Shown here: positions 1 through 9,847 of the stretch, piece by piece
How the letters are laid out: every line of letters starts with the position of its first letter
Numbering within the stretch: position 1 is the first letter of the stretch
Virus record (IMG/VR): IMGVR_UViG_3300034108_000283
Coordinates: 32,001 to 96,000 of that record
Source of the DNA: a virus
Lineage: Duplodnaviria > Caudoviricetes
DNA: 64,000 nt
Strand: one strand, 5' to 3'
The notes under the pieces: generated by a model
The model's input: only the letters and a program-made list of their open reading frames with translations
Told to the model about the DNA's origin: nothing
Database searches by the model: none
Program-made: the position numbers and the translations under genes

Positions 1-555
1 GTCTAGTTGCAGCAATGCCCGCACATTACTGTTATTCTTTAGTACTTCAACTGAAACTTTACAGCCATCTAAAGTTGGTTGATCTACTGTTGTTTTATCT
101 AGACTAAGTTTAAGAAATTCAAAATACTCTGTGTTCTCTGATGTCAGAATCTTGTCAAGTCTTTGCTGATCTGTTTTGAGTGTCTGGTAGAGATTAGCTG
201 TGAGTAGCTGTGTGAGTATATCTTGTGAGTAGTCTGACAAATTTAATGTATTATTTCCAACTGTCAAGTGATATTTAAAAATATTATCAATAATTTTTCT
301 CTGACTATCAGTAGGAAACTTACCCGGCATAGTTACAAAATGCTCATCATACTTATCTGGCTCAAACAAAAGACAGTGCAGAACGCGCCCTCCTACAAGA
401 TGCGCGTCTGTACCATCCTCCCTTTGATTCAAAACATAATGGTTATAAAACATAACCGGTGAAAACAATAACTTGTTGATGCCACTATAACTGAAGTAAA
501 ACTTCTGCCTATAGAATCTATCTAGTTCCTCAGAACCAATCAAAGTTTGTATCAT
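1..555 (-). CDS. RecE/exonuclease VIII-like PD-(D/E)XK nuclease, N-terminal part (runs off window)
   Basis: Manual translation MIQTLIGSEELDRFYRQKFYFSYSGINKLLFSPVMFYNHY...GRVLHCLLFEPDKYDEHF; the SYS..K and G..LH..L.EP motifs are typical of RecE/DUF3799-like nucleases; not in ORF track because truncated. Confidence 0.65.
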   Translation of the reverse strand, partial: MIQTLIGSEELDRFYRQKFYFSYSGINKLLFSPVMFYNHYVLNQREDGTDAHLVGGRVLHCLLFEPDKYDEHFVTMPGKFPTDSQRKIIDNIFKYHLTVGNNTLNLSDYSQDILTQLLTANLYQTLKTDQQRLDKILTSENTEYFEFLKLSLDKTTVDQPTLDGCKVSVEVLKNNSNVRALLQLD

Positions 556-1846
556 CTTGTTCTTTTTGATTGTTATTTGATTCAGATTCCTCAGCAAGTT
601 TACTTATCATTTCTCCTAAAGCATAATCTTCTGCTTCAGTAAAAACAGGCTCATCTTCTAATGCTATTAACTCTGACTTAAGTTCATTTCTCTCAATTCT
701 AGTAAATGCTTCTTCTATGTCTTCATTAGGTAGTTCAATGTCAGTAGCCACCCCCGCCACCCCTGGAGAGTTATCTTCAGATTGTTCAGGAATAAAGTCA
801 TTAACATGTTGATAGATATAATTAGTATTTAACTGTTTGAGTAAGTCTTCACTAATAGTAACAGTTTTAACTTTAAAGTAATTAGTGTCTCCATTTTTTC
901 CAATTTCATCAGAATACCTTCTCATCAAAATATCTAGTTTATCTGTAGTTAAGACATCTTTAGCAATAAGAGACTTGATAATATCATCTATATCAGTACC
1001 TAAATAGTTTTTGTTCTTCTTAAGAAATCCAATAAGAGACTTAAAATTCACATGGTTCTTAGTATGACAACTAGATATTTGGTAACTATATTCTTTAAAC
1101 AACATCTCTAAAAACAGCAAAGACTCAATGTAATTAGAATTAGCCATAATCTCCATAGCCAAAATATGATTGTCATTATCATTACTCTCAAACATTTGGC
1201 TTATCTGTTCATACATTGCTTCATCTATAATAGTAGCATCATCACCATTTATATGTTTTAGAATTGACATCTCATCATATACAGTAGCACCTGCCATCTT
1301 GTGGCATAAGTCTGCATGATCATCATCAATAGCATTATACCACTTAGAAGAATTCATATTATCACTGTGTGATTTTAGAGCTGCATTATCCCCATGTCTA
1401 ATGTCATTATATACAGAATAATCAAACAATACTCTATCTTCTTGATAGTTTTCTAATGCTTCTCGGATGTTTTCTCTGTACCTATCATCCATATACATAT
1501 TTGGATCATTCATCAACTCATTGAAGTCTGTAAGATCCATGCTGTATCTCCATACACCACTAGTAATTTTATCCTTTGTATTCTTTGCAGCAAATATATG
1601 TGTTGCATCATCTATATTTCTTACAGTTCTTATCCCATGTTGTAAAGCTAGATCTTTAAGCTTTATTCTTGGAACATTAACTCCTGGTAGAAAATAAAGT
1701 TTGTCACCTTTTGTAGGAACATATTCATCAAGATATGTGGGAAACATATCTTCAGTCCTATCTTCCATACAGAATAAAGGTTCTACTTTAATCATTACCT
1801 CACTTGCATTTGATTCTACTTCTGATAATATAATATATCTTCTCAT
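530..1846 (-). CDS. Hypothetical protein with BRCT-like N-terminal region, helical domain and acidic tail
   Basis: KGDKLYFLPGV...KLKDLALQHGIRTVRNIDDATHIF resembles a BRCT fold; lies next to the MoxR/vWA pair. Confidence 0.45.
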   Translation of the reverse strand: MRRYIILSEVESNASEVMIKVEPLFCMEDRTEDMFPTYLDEYVPTKGDKLYFLPGVNVPRIKLKDLALQHGIRTVRNIDDATHIFAAKNTKDKITSGVWRYSMDLTDFNELMNDPNMYMDDRYRENIREALENYQEDRVLFDYSVYNDIRHGDNAALKSHSDNMNSSKWYNAIDDDHADLCHKMAGATVYDEMSILKHINGDDATIIDEAMYEQISQMFESNDNDNHILAMEIMANSNYIESLLFLEMLFKEYSYQISSCHTKNHVNFKSLIGFLKKNKNYLGTDIDDIIKSLIAKDVLTTDKLDILMRRYSDEIGKNGDTNYFKVKTVTISEDLLKQLNTNYIYQHVNDFIPEQSEDNSPGVAGVATDIELPNEDIEEAFTRIERNELKSELIALEDEPVFTEAEDYALGEMISKLAEESESNNNQKEQDDTNFDWF

Positions 1847-1861
1847 AGTTTAAAAATTAAT

Positions 1862-1883
1862 AAGGGGAGTATTACCTCCCCCT
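1862..1883 (-). terminator. Intrinsic terminator-like hairpin
   Basis: AGGGGAG/CTCCCC stem between the ATPase and BRCT-like genes, T-rich on the minus side. Confidence 0.5.
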
Positions 1884-1940
1884 ATGTTTGTTTTTAGTTA
1901 AATAATTTTTCTTTAAAAGGGAAAAAGCTTAATGCTTCAA

Positions 1941-3110
1941 TTACTTGACAGCCATCTTCACCACGTCCTTATTCATCATAAGTTGTGCAAACTTAACCTT
2001 GTTTCCATTGACAATCTCCTTGATAATATAGTATCTAAGGTCATCAGTAAATGCATCACAGTCTGTAGTAAGTTTGATTAACCTTTGAGTCATAGTTGCC
2101 GGAACAGGTTTAGTGTCTGCAAATACCAATGAATAATTTATCAATCTGGTTGCAATCACACTAGAAATATCTGCTCTAAACTCATCATCTTTACCTACAG
2201 CATTTGTTAATGCATTCATTACATATTGCTCATCTTTAGTAAGTGTATCTTCAGGTGAGATAATCTTATCTAACTTGTTGTTAATGAACATAGTAAACAT
2301 AGAACTAAAGTCTACACCAACAGAACCCTCACCAATCATTTGAATTAGAGGCAGGTCTGCTTCAAACTTAGGAATAGAGCTAATAGCATTAAAGAAAGTA
2401 GTAATAGATCTTGGATTAACTCTTTGAGTCACCAGCTCCGGATGCATCAACATAAAGTTAATACATCTACCATCTATTCCTGCAGTCTCAGCCCACTTAG
2501 CCCATACGTTTACATCATACTTCAACTCAACAGATACAAATCTTGTCTTCTGAGCTACATCAAGACTAGTTACATTATAGTCACCATTGTCTGGATTAGT
2601 AGTCAAGATAACATGCCAGTTCTTAGGAAGCTTCCATGATACATATTCCTGTCTATCTAAGATCTCCATAGTAGCTTGCATAAATCTATGGTCAGCCCGG
2701 GTATAATCATCAAGAATCAAGAAACCACCTTCACCTTTACCTTGAATCCATTCAGGAGCAGCATGTGACATACGCTTACCAATAACTTTGTATCCTTTCT
2801 TAATAGCTGCATCTATCTGAGCTTCATTAATCCAAGTAGTTTTACCTTCTGCATTCTGTATTTCAAATTCTTTTACAGGAAAACCAACTAAGTCACCTAA
2901 TTCTTCCAGCTGAGATAAATTCAGCTTAACAACTTGCATATTCATTTCTTTACCCAACTGCATGATAGCTGAAGTCTTACCAAGACCCGCATCACCCTCA
3001 ATATTAATAGCCACAGGAACTTTGCCCTCTGCTTGAATATACTGATTGTTGTTAACCATGTGCTTAATAAAGCTCTTTAACTCTTCTACATTCAATTGTA
3101 CTTGACTCAT
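1941..3110 (-). CDS. MoxR-type AAA+ ATPase
   Basis: Walker A GDAGLGKT, Walker B LILDDYTR, TTNP sensor and arginine-finger TRF; adjacent vWA gene. Confidence 0.85.
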   Translation of the reverse strand: MSQVQLNVEELKSFIKHMVNNNQYIQAEGKVPVAINIEGDAGLGKTSAIMQLGKEMNMQVVKLNLSQLEELGDLVGFPVKEFEIQNAEGKTTWINEAQIDAAIKKGYKVIGKRMSHAAPEWIQGKGEGGFLILDDYTRADHRFMQATMEILDRQEYVSWKLPKNWHVILTTNPDNGDYNVTSLDVAQKTRFVSVELKYDVNVWAKWAETAGIDGRCINFMLMHPELVTQRVNPRSITTFFNAISSIPKFEADLPLIQMIGEGSVGVDFSSMFTMFINNKLDKIISPEDTLTKDEQYVMNALTNAVGKDDEFRADISSVIATRLINYSLVFADTKPVPATMTQRLIKLTTDCDAFTDDLRYYIIKEIVNGNKVKFAQLMMNKDVVKMAVK

Positions 3111-3123
3111 TTTCTTAATTTTT

Positions 3124-4428
3124 TTAAATTTCTAACTTGATTACTTTTCCGGGCAAACTGTCATTCATACTTGATCTTTCTGACAAAACCCATAGAACAT
3201 TTCCTTTTGGTTTTACAGAAGTATTACATTCACCATCAGTAAAATATACTAAGCTTGTATATTTTTTCTGATTCTCATTATAATAATCTAAGACAGGATC
3301 AAATTCTGTTCCTCCTCTACCTTGCACTTCTAGTTCTAATTTACCTGTATAGGGTTTAATAGAACCAATCTTAGTATCACATTGTACAATAGTAATATCA
3401 ACACCGGCCTTATAGATATGATGAATCTCATTCATAAACTCTTTCAACTCAGAATCACTTACAGAACCTGAAGTATCTATAGCTAAAAGCATATGTTGTT
3501 TCATCTTAATCTTGAGACCCGGATTGTCACTAAATCTTCTATTCTCTTTCCGCCTGATCTTCTTGGTAAATACTTTTGTACTGATTCCAGTAAACCTACG
3601 GATATACCCTCTCCAATCAAACTTAGGGGCTTCTATTTGTTCTACAATGATAAGACCATCTATCTCACCTGGCACAGTACCCCGTTTCTTAACAGTTTGT
3701 TCCTTAGCATCACTAAGCACTTTCTGCAACTGCTTTTCAATTAACTTTTGCTCAGCTTCAGTAAGATTATCAAACTCTTCCCAGGTACCATGATCAGGAA
3801 CATTACCCATATCAATATTGTCAAGAAGATTGTCCATTGCTTGATTACCACAAGTACCATTCTTCTCTTTCTCATCTTTAAACTCTTTAAGCTTGTCATA
3901 GTAATATCTACAACCTGCTCTAAGTTCAAGATTCATATCAGCATAGTCTTCTATAAAAATACCTCTACTAGGTGCATTCTTAAGTATCTCAGCTATTTCT
4001 TCAGGACTAGCTCCTGTTTCCATAGCTGCAGACATTTCAAGTTTTAGTTTTTCATTTAATGCTTCATATTCTTCTTTAGAATATTCTCCACCCGGTAACC
4101 AAGACTTTTCAATATACTGATTAATTTCCATATCCATTGCCACATTTGCAAGTCTCTTATCACTAAACTTAAAGTAAGTAGTAAGGTGACCAAATGCAAT
4201 ATGAAGCAATTCATGTTTTAATATACCAAGCTTTTGTTCTTCATTAAGACCTTCCCAAAAATCAGGATTAATAGCAAGCTGATAATTAATACCATTCTTA
4301 CTAACCCCGGCAGTAGGAACTCTCTTAGCATCCCATAGCTTATTCAACATGATGAGAAAGAACCCATAATAGGGCTCCTTCAACATCAGGTCTTTACTGG
4401 CTTTACTTAAACTCTGAACTTTGTCCAT
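3124..4428 (-). CDS. Metallopeptidase-like (HExxH) plus vWA domain protein (DUF2201-like)
   Basis: HELLH motif; MIDAS IDTSGS, GGGTEF and FTDG motifs. Confidence 0.85.
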   Translation of the reverse strand: MDKVQSLSKASKDLMLKEPYYGFFLIMLNKLWDAKRVPTAGVSKNGINYQLAINPDFWEGLNEEQKLGILKHELLHIAFGHLTTYFKFSDKRLANVAMDMEINQYIEKSWLPGGEYSKEEYEALNEKLKLEMSAAMETGASPEEIAEILKNAPSRGIFIEDYADMNLELRAGCRYYYDKLKEFKDEKEKNGTCGNQAMDNLLDNIDMGNVPDHGTWEEFDNLTEAEQKLIEKQLQKVLSDAKEQTVKKRGTVPGEIDGLIIVEQIEAPKFDWRGYIRRFTGISTKVFTKKIRRKENRRFSDNPGLKIKMKQHMLLAIDTSGSVSDSELKEFMNEIHHIYKAGVDITIVQCDTKIGSIKPYTGKLELEVQGRGGTEFDPVLDYYNENQKKYTSLVYFTDGECNTSVKPKGNVLWVLSERSSMNDSLPGKVIKLEI

Positions 4429-4829
4429 TAGTCTTTTAGTTTAATATCTATTTCAAATTTTTCTGTTGGATATCCTAGTTGTCCTAAGAACCCAACCATA
4501 TCTACTACAAAATTCTCTAAGAACAATTCTATTGAATCTTTACTAGATCCATTAGAAGTCATAAGAGATAAACATTTACCGCTGGTAAGCATATTATCCC
4601 CTAGTGCAGCAGCTTTATTTAACACCTTATAAGATTTTGGTGCTTCTTTTTCCCAAGCATCTTTTGGTAACTTAGAAAACTTATACAGCACTAGTAACTC
4701 ACCAATATATTTTTTGTGGTCAGTATTCTCTAATGCTTGAAATGCAATAACATGATTATCCTGATCTTCAGATTTAAGCATGTTTAATAAATTCTTTGTT
4801 TCTTCTTTGTCAAATTTTACTTTTGCCAT
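4428..4829 (-). CDS. Hypothetical helical protein
   Basis: Translationally coupled to the vWA gene; carries the ML.S.D..N motif. Confidence 0.6.
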   Translation of the reverse strand: MAKVKFDKEETKNLLNMLKSEDQDNHVIAFQALENTDHKKYIGELLVLYKFSKLPKDAWEKEAPKSYKVLNKAAALGDNMLTSGKCLSLMTSNGSSKDSIELFLENFVVDMVGFLGQLGYPTEKFEIDIKLKD

Positions 4830-4840
4830 TACTTTTCTGT

Positions 4841-4936
4841 TTAAAATTTTATAATCATATTGTAGTGTTCTAGAGCTTCATCATAAGAAGTTGCCCATAT
4901 TCTGTAACCATCAATTACAAATAGTTGTTTTTCCAT
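4841..4936 (-). CDS. Small hypothetical protein (31 aa)
   Basis: MEKQLFVIDGYRIWATSYDEALEHYNMIIKF fills the gap; start overlaps the upstream stop. Confidence 0.55.
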   Translation of the reverse strand: MEKQLFVIDGYRIWATSYDEALEHYNMIIKF

Positions 4937-5331
4937 TACTTTTCTTTTTTAGATTCAACAATTTCAATTAACTTTTCAAGACATGCAAGTTCTGCTTCTT
5001 CATAGGTTTTATACACTTGGCTTTCACAGCTTTCTAATTGACCTTCATTTAGAACATCTCCAATGTATCTTATTCTAAAATAAAATTCATCATACTCTTT
5101 ATACGGAGCGCACACATAACTTATATAGAAGTACTTCTCTCTAAACCATCTAAATGCTTGTTGGTAGAGTGATGTCATAGTAGCTTTAAGATTAATAAAG
5201 TTTCTATTATGCATTGTACAACCAGGAAAGTTAAATTCCTGTGCCATGTCATAATATGCGAAACAAGGTTCATCAAACCCAAGTTGTTTCATTCTTAAAG
5301 CTAACTCATAAGGCACAAATTCTTTTTCCAT
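4936..5331 (-). CDS. Conserved Bacteroidota-phage hypothetical protein
   Basis: EFVPYELAL..K.LGFDEPC...YQQAFRWFREK...YEEAE pattern. Confidence 0.7.
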   Translation of the reverse strand: MEKEFVPYELALRMKQLGFDEPCFAYYDMAQEFNFPGCTMHNRNFINLKATMTSLYQQAFRWFREKYFYISYVCAPYKEYDEFYFRIRYIGDVLNEGQLESCESQVYKTYEEAELACLEKLIEIVESKKEK

Positions 5332-5702
5332 CAGTCTTCAATTTTTAAAGTTTTTATTGCCCACTCTTGAGGCTTACCACTTGCAATCATATCTACCCAT
5401 TCTTTTGCACTTGGAATATATCCATTACAATCTTCTTTAACATGCTGTTCTGCAACATATCTTGTATACACAGTTTTACCATCTGAATTAATAAAACTTT
5501 TACCAAATACTCTTTCACATTCAAATATACCTTCACTATGGTGCCGGAACATTCTATGCATACTGTGTCCAATCCACCCTTTAGTTTCATCAAGCCACTC
5601 GTGAATAGCTTGATAATCAGAGACTTGACCTTTCCATTTTCTTACTGATGTTTTACAATGCTCTAAAGGATGTGCCATACTATTTATTTTGTAAATGTTC
5701 AA
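5331..5702 (-). CDS. DUF6915-like protein (likely start MAHP)
   Basis: HPLEH..S.VRKW.G...DY..IH.W.DETK...HR.FRHHSEGIFECE...AEQHVKED. Confidence 0.7.
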   Translation of the reverse strand: MNIYKINSMAHPLEHCKTSVRKWKGQVSDYQAIHEWLDETKGWIGHSMHRMFRHHSEGIFECERVFGKSFINSDGKTVYTRYVAEQHVKEDCNGYIPSAKEWVDMIASGKPQEWAIKTLKIED

Positions 5703-5865
5703 TAACTCTTTCCCAATAACTTCTAGCTTTCATTTTACCATCTTGATACGGTGCTAATGCATGAGTTGCTTGTGCAGATTTTAATGAAGCTTCTTTAGCT
5801 TTATCTTCACCATATAACTTTACAGCATAGTTATATAACTCTTCTGCTTTTTCTTTTTCTTTCAT
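5680..5865 (-). CDS. Hypothetical protein
   Basis: ORF coupled to its neighbours. Confidence 0.6.
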   Translation of the reverse strand: MKEKEKAEELYNYAVKLYGEDKAKEASLKSAQATHALAPYQDGKMKARSYWERVIEHLQNK

Positions 5866-6272
5866 TATTCTTCATCTGCTTTACTTAATAAATCTCCATC
5901 ATGAAAATAATCTTCAGTTTCAGTAATTCTGATATGATTATTGATAACATATTTTCCTGAAGGAACACATATACCTACATCACCAAAACCACCTTCATTA
6001 TTCCACCAGTCTTCTATATCATCAAGAAGTTTATCAATAACAAACTCTTCAACTAAGTTATAAAGTTCCCTATCTATATTACTTAATAAAAATTCATTAT
6101 TCCAATCATCTATATTATCAATCACATCTTCTGGAGTTTCACATGGTTCTTTTGTAAAACCAATCCATTCTATGGAACCAGAGTCTCCGGCACCATCATA
6201 TTTTACTTTAACACCAGTAACATTCAAATCAGCCAACTGAAACAGAAGGCTTGTCAATTCTAATTCTGTCAT
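5865..6272 (-). CDS. DUF6878-like acidic protein
   Basis: YDGAGDSGSIE...DWWNNEGGFG motifs. Confidence 0.65.
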   Translation of the reverse strand: MTELELTSLLFQLADLNVTGVKVKYDGAGDSGSIEWIGFTKEPCETPEDVIDNIDDWNNEFLLSNIDRELYNLVEEFVIDKLLDDIEDWWNNEGGFGDVGICVPSGKYVINNHIRITETEDYFHDGDLLSKADEE

Positions 6273-6274
6273 AA

Positions 6275-6700
6275 CTATTTGATTTTATAAAACCTACCTA
6301 AGATATTTCCATTTAGGAATTCTTCTTTTTCAAGAACCTCTCTTGTAAACTGATACTTAGTCTCATAATATGTAAGTTCCATTTTGGAAAAACATATCTT
6401 AACCATAAACCTTTTAATCTTTACACCAGTTTTGTGAGCTTCTTTAAGAACTGCATTACTACTATAATAGTTTTGATAACTGGGCTTAGTAACAGTCTCA
6501 TACTTTTTAGTCCTTTTATCTGTTACTTGAGCCATAGCTTTTTTACCAAACTTTTTCTTTGTAATAGAGTAAAAGTTCTTCTTACCTACATATCTTACAG
6601 ACTTTCCATTAATAACAGCTTCCATCTCATACACAAAACCTACTGCTCCATCTGGAATCATGCTATCATTAAAAGGTCTTCCTTCATATAACCAGCTCAT
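6275..6700 (-). CDS. GIY-YIG-like nuclease family protein
   Basis: GFVY...YVGKK...YYSS...E...N.NI motifs. Confidence 0.6.
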   Translation of the reverse strand: MSWLYEGRPFNDSMIPDGAVGFVYEMEAVINGKSVRYVGKKNFYSITKKKFGKKAMAQVTDKRTKKYETVTKPSYQNYYSSNAVLKEAHKTGVKIKRFMVKICFSKMELTYYETKYQFTREVLEKEEFLNGNILGRFYKIK

Positions 6701-7677
6701 AATGCTTGTTTTAATAGTAAAAATAATACATCTCTAACTTTATCTATACCATGCAGCTTAACAGAATCTGAAAGATCTTTTTCCATAGGTAGAATAATAT
6801 AATTAAACCCATACATATGTTTGTATCTTTCAGCTGCTTTTATCCCCGGCTCATCATTATCAAACAGAACAATAATCTTCTGATAATGTCTTACAAACTC
6901 ACTCATAGCTCTCTCACCTATCATAGTATTCTCACTGTCCGGAGCAATTGCTTCAATATTATTAATACCTAGTCTATTAAAACACATTAGATCTTTAAGA
7001 GAAGAAGTAATCAGTAGATATTTACTTTCATACTTAAGCTGATCCATACCTTGGATATAATTCTCAACCTTTATAAATTTCTTATCTGGTACCTTGGGCA
7101 TGTAAATTTTGTATAAACTCCCATCATTTCTAAAATAACCATAAGTAAAAGGCTTTTTAAATACAAATGAAGTTATAGTACCATCTGTTTCTGTTTTTTC
7201 CATTGTAAAGAAATCTAAAGGAACAACATTATATCTATCAAGCATGTTAGATCCAATCTTAAAACCAATCCAGTAATCTTTATCTAAACTATTCCAGTGC
7301 CTCATCTCATAATCCACAACCTTAAACTTGTCATGTATTACTATTTCTCTCTTCTCAAGTACTGTATTGTTTTTAAGATATGCTTGATAGTCATTCATTA
7401 TCTTCTTAGCTGCGTCACCTGGAGTCAGGTTATACAACTGCTGAATCAAATTCCATGAGCTACCCTGATTACCTGAAGAAAAATCTTTGTGCTTATATCT
7501 ATTAGATACAACATCAAAATAAATAAACATAGAAGGAACTTTATCCTTTGAGTTAAATGCAGAAAGCATTTTTATATCTTGACCTGTAAGTTTTTCTTTT
7601 AGGTTTAAATAATATTCATAAATCCATTCATCCGGTACATCTTTTATATCAGATATCAGTCCTTTGGTTGAAATCAT
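6697..7677 (-). CDS. DNA primase (TOPRIM), crAss-type
   Basis: ITSSLKD and LFDNDEPGIKAA TOPRIM motifs, KDLSD C-terminal motif. Confidence 0.8.
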   Translation of the reverse strand: MISTKGLISDIKDVPDEWIYEYYLNLKEKLTGQDIKMLSAFNSKDKVPSMFIYFDVVSNRYKHKDFSSGNQGSSWNLIQQLYNLTPGDAAKKIMNDYQAYLKNNTVLEKREIVIHDKFKVVDYEMRHWNSLDKDYWIGFKIGSNMLDRYNVVPLDFFTMEKTETDGTITSFVFKKPFTYGYFRNDGSLYKIYMPKVPDKKFIKVENYIQGMDQLKYESKYLLITSSLKDLMCFNRLGINNIEAIAPDSENTMIGERAMSEFVRHYQKIIVLFDNDEPGIKAAERYKHMYGFNYIILPMEKDLSDSVKLHGIDKVRDVLFLLLKQAL

Positions 7678-7692
7678 AACACATAATTAAAT

Positions 7693-7725
7693 AAAAAAGG
7701 GGCCAGAAGTATTAACTGACCCCTC
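7693..7725 (-). terminator. Intrinsic terminator
   Basis: AGGGG/CCCCT stem with minus-strand T-run. Confidence 0.6.
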
Positions 7726-7738
7726 TTGACTAGTTTAA

Positions 7739-8425
7739 TTAGTCTAAGCTGAAATCAGTAGAAGTTTTATTTGGGATAGTTAAATCATCATCATCTCCAA
7801 AATTCTTAACTTCTTGCACTTCTTGTTTCTTTAAGTGAATACTTTCATCAAAAGTTAATACTTTACCATCTTTAGTACTACCATAAGCATACTTACCTTT
7901 GTCTGCTTTTGGAAGATACAAGTTGTAGTTAGTATAACCATTCTTGTCAACATATTCTCTACCTGCAACACAGAAGTTTAAATAGATATCTTTAAACGGT
8001 GCAGATTTATTGAAAGCAATTACAAAGTCATCAATAGTAGCATGTAAATCATCTTGGCTATCAAACCAACTAGAAATACCTAGGTTGTTGCACAGACTTT
8101 TAAGAAATATCATTAATGATCTATCTCTCTCAATCTTAATTCCACCTTTAGTAACACCATCAGCAAAAGCATACATACTTGCTTTTACTTTACCTACTTG
8201 ACCTGCATGTCTTCCTAAACTTTCATTGTCTTTATCAAAAAGAAATCCTTCAAAACCATCAATTGGCTCAGTTTCTACATGTAAAAGCAAATGCTTTGCA
8301 CCTTCAATAAAGCTAAAATCTTCAAGCTCCAGCTTGTTAATTTTAAGTGTAACATTTCCAGGTGAAATTGTTTTAGGAAGCCCTCCGCCTCCACTAGTTA
8401 CTAGGTCTTTTGTACTTAATCCCAT
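7739..8425 (-). CDS. Putative ssDNA-binding protein
   Basis: Beta-rich with acidic tail ending DFSLD; sits between Sak4-like ATPase and primase. Confidence 0.5.
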   Translation of the reverse strand: MGLSTKDLVTSGGGGLPKTISPGNVTLKINKLELEDFSFIEGAKHLLLHVETEPIDGFEGFLFDKDNESLGRHAGQVGKVKASMYAFADGVTKGGIKIERDRSLMIFLKSLCNNLGISSWFDSQDDLHATIDDFVIAFNKSAPFKDIYLNFCVAGREYVDKNGYTNYNLYLPKADKGKYAYGSTKDGKVLTFDESIHLKKQEVQEVKNFGDDDDLTIPNKTSTDFSLD

Positions 8426-8436
8426 TGTTATTTATT

Positions 8437-9162
8437 TTAATTATTAATGAATACTTTGTCCCATGAAGTTGTTAAAACTCCACTCTCTGAATCTGTAATT
8501 ACTATCTCTTGATTTCTCAAATGATCTGGTCTTGCACCGCAAGTTACTTCTTCACTAGTTTTGAAACTTAAAATAGTTTTGTTTCCTTTTCTATACATAT
8601 AACCAATTGCATCAGCATTTGCACAGATTAAAGATTTGATTTTACCTGTCAAATCAATGTTTGCAGACATAACCATCTCACCTTTATCATCAACTACCTT
8701 GTCTTTAATGTGACCAGATAAAATAATGTGGGGTGCTAAGGTATCAATAAAATCTAAAACCTGGAAAAATGCTTCACGGATATATAAATATCCAGCACCA
8801 TTTGGCAATGTAGAAACAGTATCACCACTGAAACTTTTACCCATTGGAGTATTCTTATACAGCTTAATTGCAAGCGGCATAATCATAGTCTCTAATGCAG
8901 TCACAGTATCTATAGTAACATACTTATAGGGTTTACCTGCTTCTTTAATTGCTTTACCGGCATCTAATAGCTCTTGTAGACTATTAACTTTAATCTTAAG
9001 AGCATCTACATAATCAGAACCATTTTCTAAATCTATAATCAGATTGTTTTCTAATCCTGCAAATGCAGTTGTTTTACCAGTCTTTGGCTTTGAATAAATC
9101 AGTAATCTCTTTGGATTAACCTGAGTTGCCTTTACTTTACTTGTTGGAAGTACTATACTCAT
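8437..9162 (-). CDS. Sak4/AAA_24-like P-loop ATPase (recombinase)
   Basis: YSKPKTGKTT, IIDLENGS, VTIDTVT motifs. Confidence 0.8.
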   Translation of the reverse strand: MSIVLPTSKVKATQVNPKRLLIYSKPKTGKTTAFAGLENNLIIDLENGSDYVDALKIKVNSLQELLDAGKAIKEAGKPYKYVTIDTVTALETMIMPLAIKLYKNTPMGKSFSGDTVSTLPNGAGYLYIREAFFQVLDFIDTLAPHIILSGHIKDKVVDDKGEMVMSANIDLTGKIKSLICANADAIGYMYRKGNKTILSFKTSEEVTCGARPDHLRNQEIVITDSESGVLTTSWDKVFINN

Positions 9163-9833
9163 ATTTCACTTTTTGTATGTTTTTTAATCAAATCATTCAG
9201 CCAAGGCTTAGCACTTACCGGTTCCATTAGCATAATTGCTGCTAAATCTCTAATAGTTGCTTCACTTAAAGGTACATCAGCAATTTCTACATTGTCTGTA
9301 TCTGCCTCTACTTTTAAATCAGAACCAACTTCTGCCTCAAAATCAGGAAATAAAGACTGTTGTAATCTTGGCAGTTTGATATTTTCAACTGCAGATTCAG
9401 CAGGAGCAGTACCCGCATCTTTTCTTTTCTGATATACATTATAAGGTATCTCAGTTCCGTCTTTAAGAACAGCACGCAATTCAGTTACAGGAATAGTATA
9501 AAGTTTATAAGGCTCACCTTTATAGTTTACACCTTCTTTCATCTCATACTCTTCTCCATAATAAGGATTGTTTCTGTACTTAAATAATTGTCTATCAGAA
9601 TTAAAAGGCACAATATCAATTACATTGTCTTTTTCATCTTTAACATTGTCATAAAACTCTATGTATATATCAAGCTCCTTAGTTATCTCAGACGCAAAAA
9701 GCTGAAATTGCCTTTCTGCTTTACCTTTTACAAAGTAAGCGGTCTTAATAACAAATGTAGGATCTGCTATTCCATGAGCTCTAAATGTCTCCAAGTGTTC
9801 TGCAAAAAACTCTTTTTCTTTTTCTTTTCTCAT
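9159..9833 (-). CDS. Hypothetical replication-module protein
   Basis: Long ORF between helicase and ATPase. Confidence 0.65.
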   Translation of the reverse strand: MRKEKEKEFFAEHLETFRAHGIADPTFVIKTAYFVKGKAERQFQLFASEITKELDIYIEFYDNVKDEKDNVIDIVPFNSDRQLFKYRNNPYYGEEYEMKEGVNYKGEPYKLYTIPVTELRAVLKDGTEIPYNVYQKRKDAGTAPAESAVENIKLPRLQQSLFPDFEAEVGSDLKVEADTDNVEIADVPLSEATIRDLAAIMLMEPVSAKPWLNDLIKKHTKSEI

Positions 9834-9847
9834 ACTCTATTTACATT

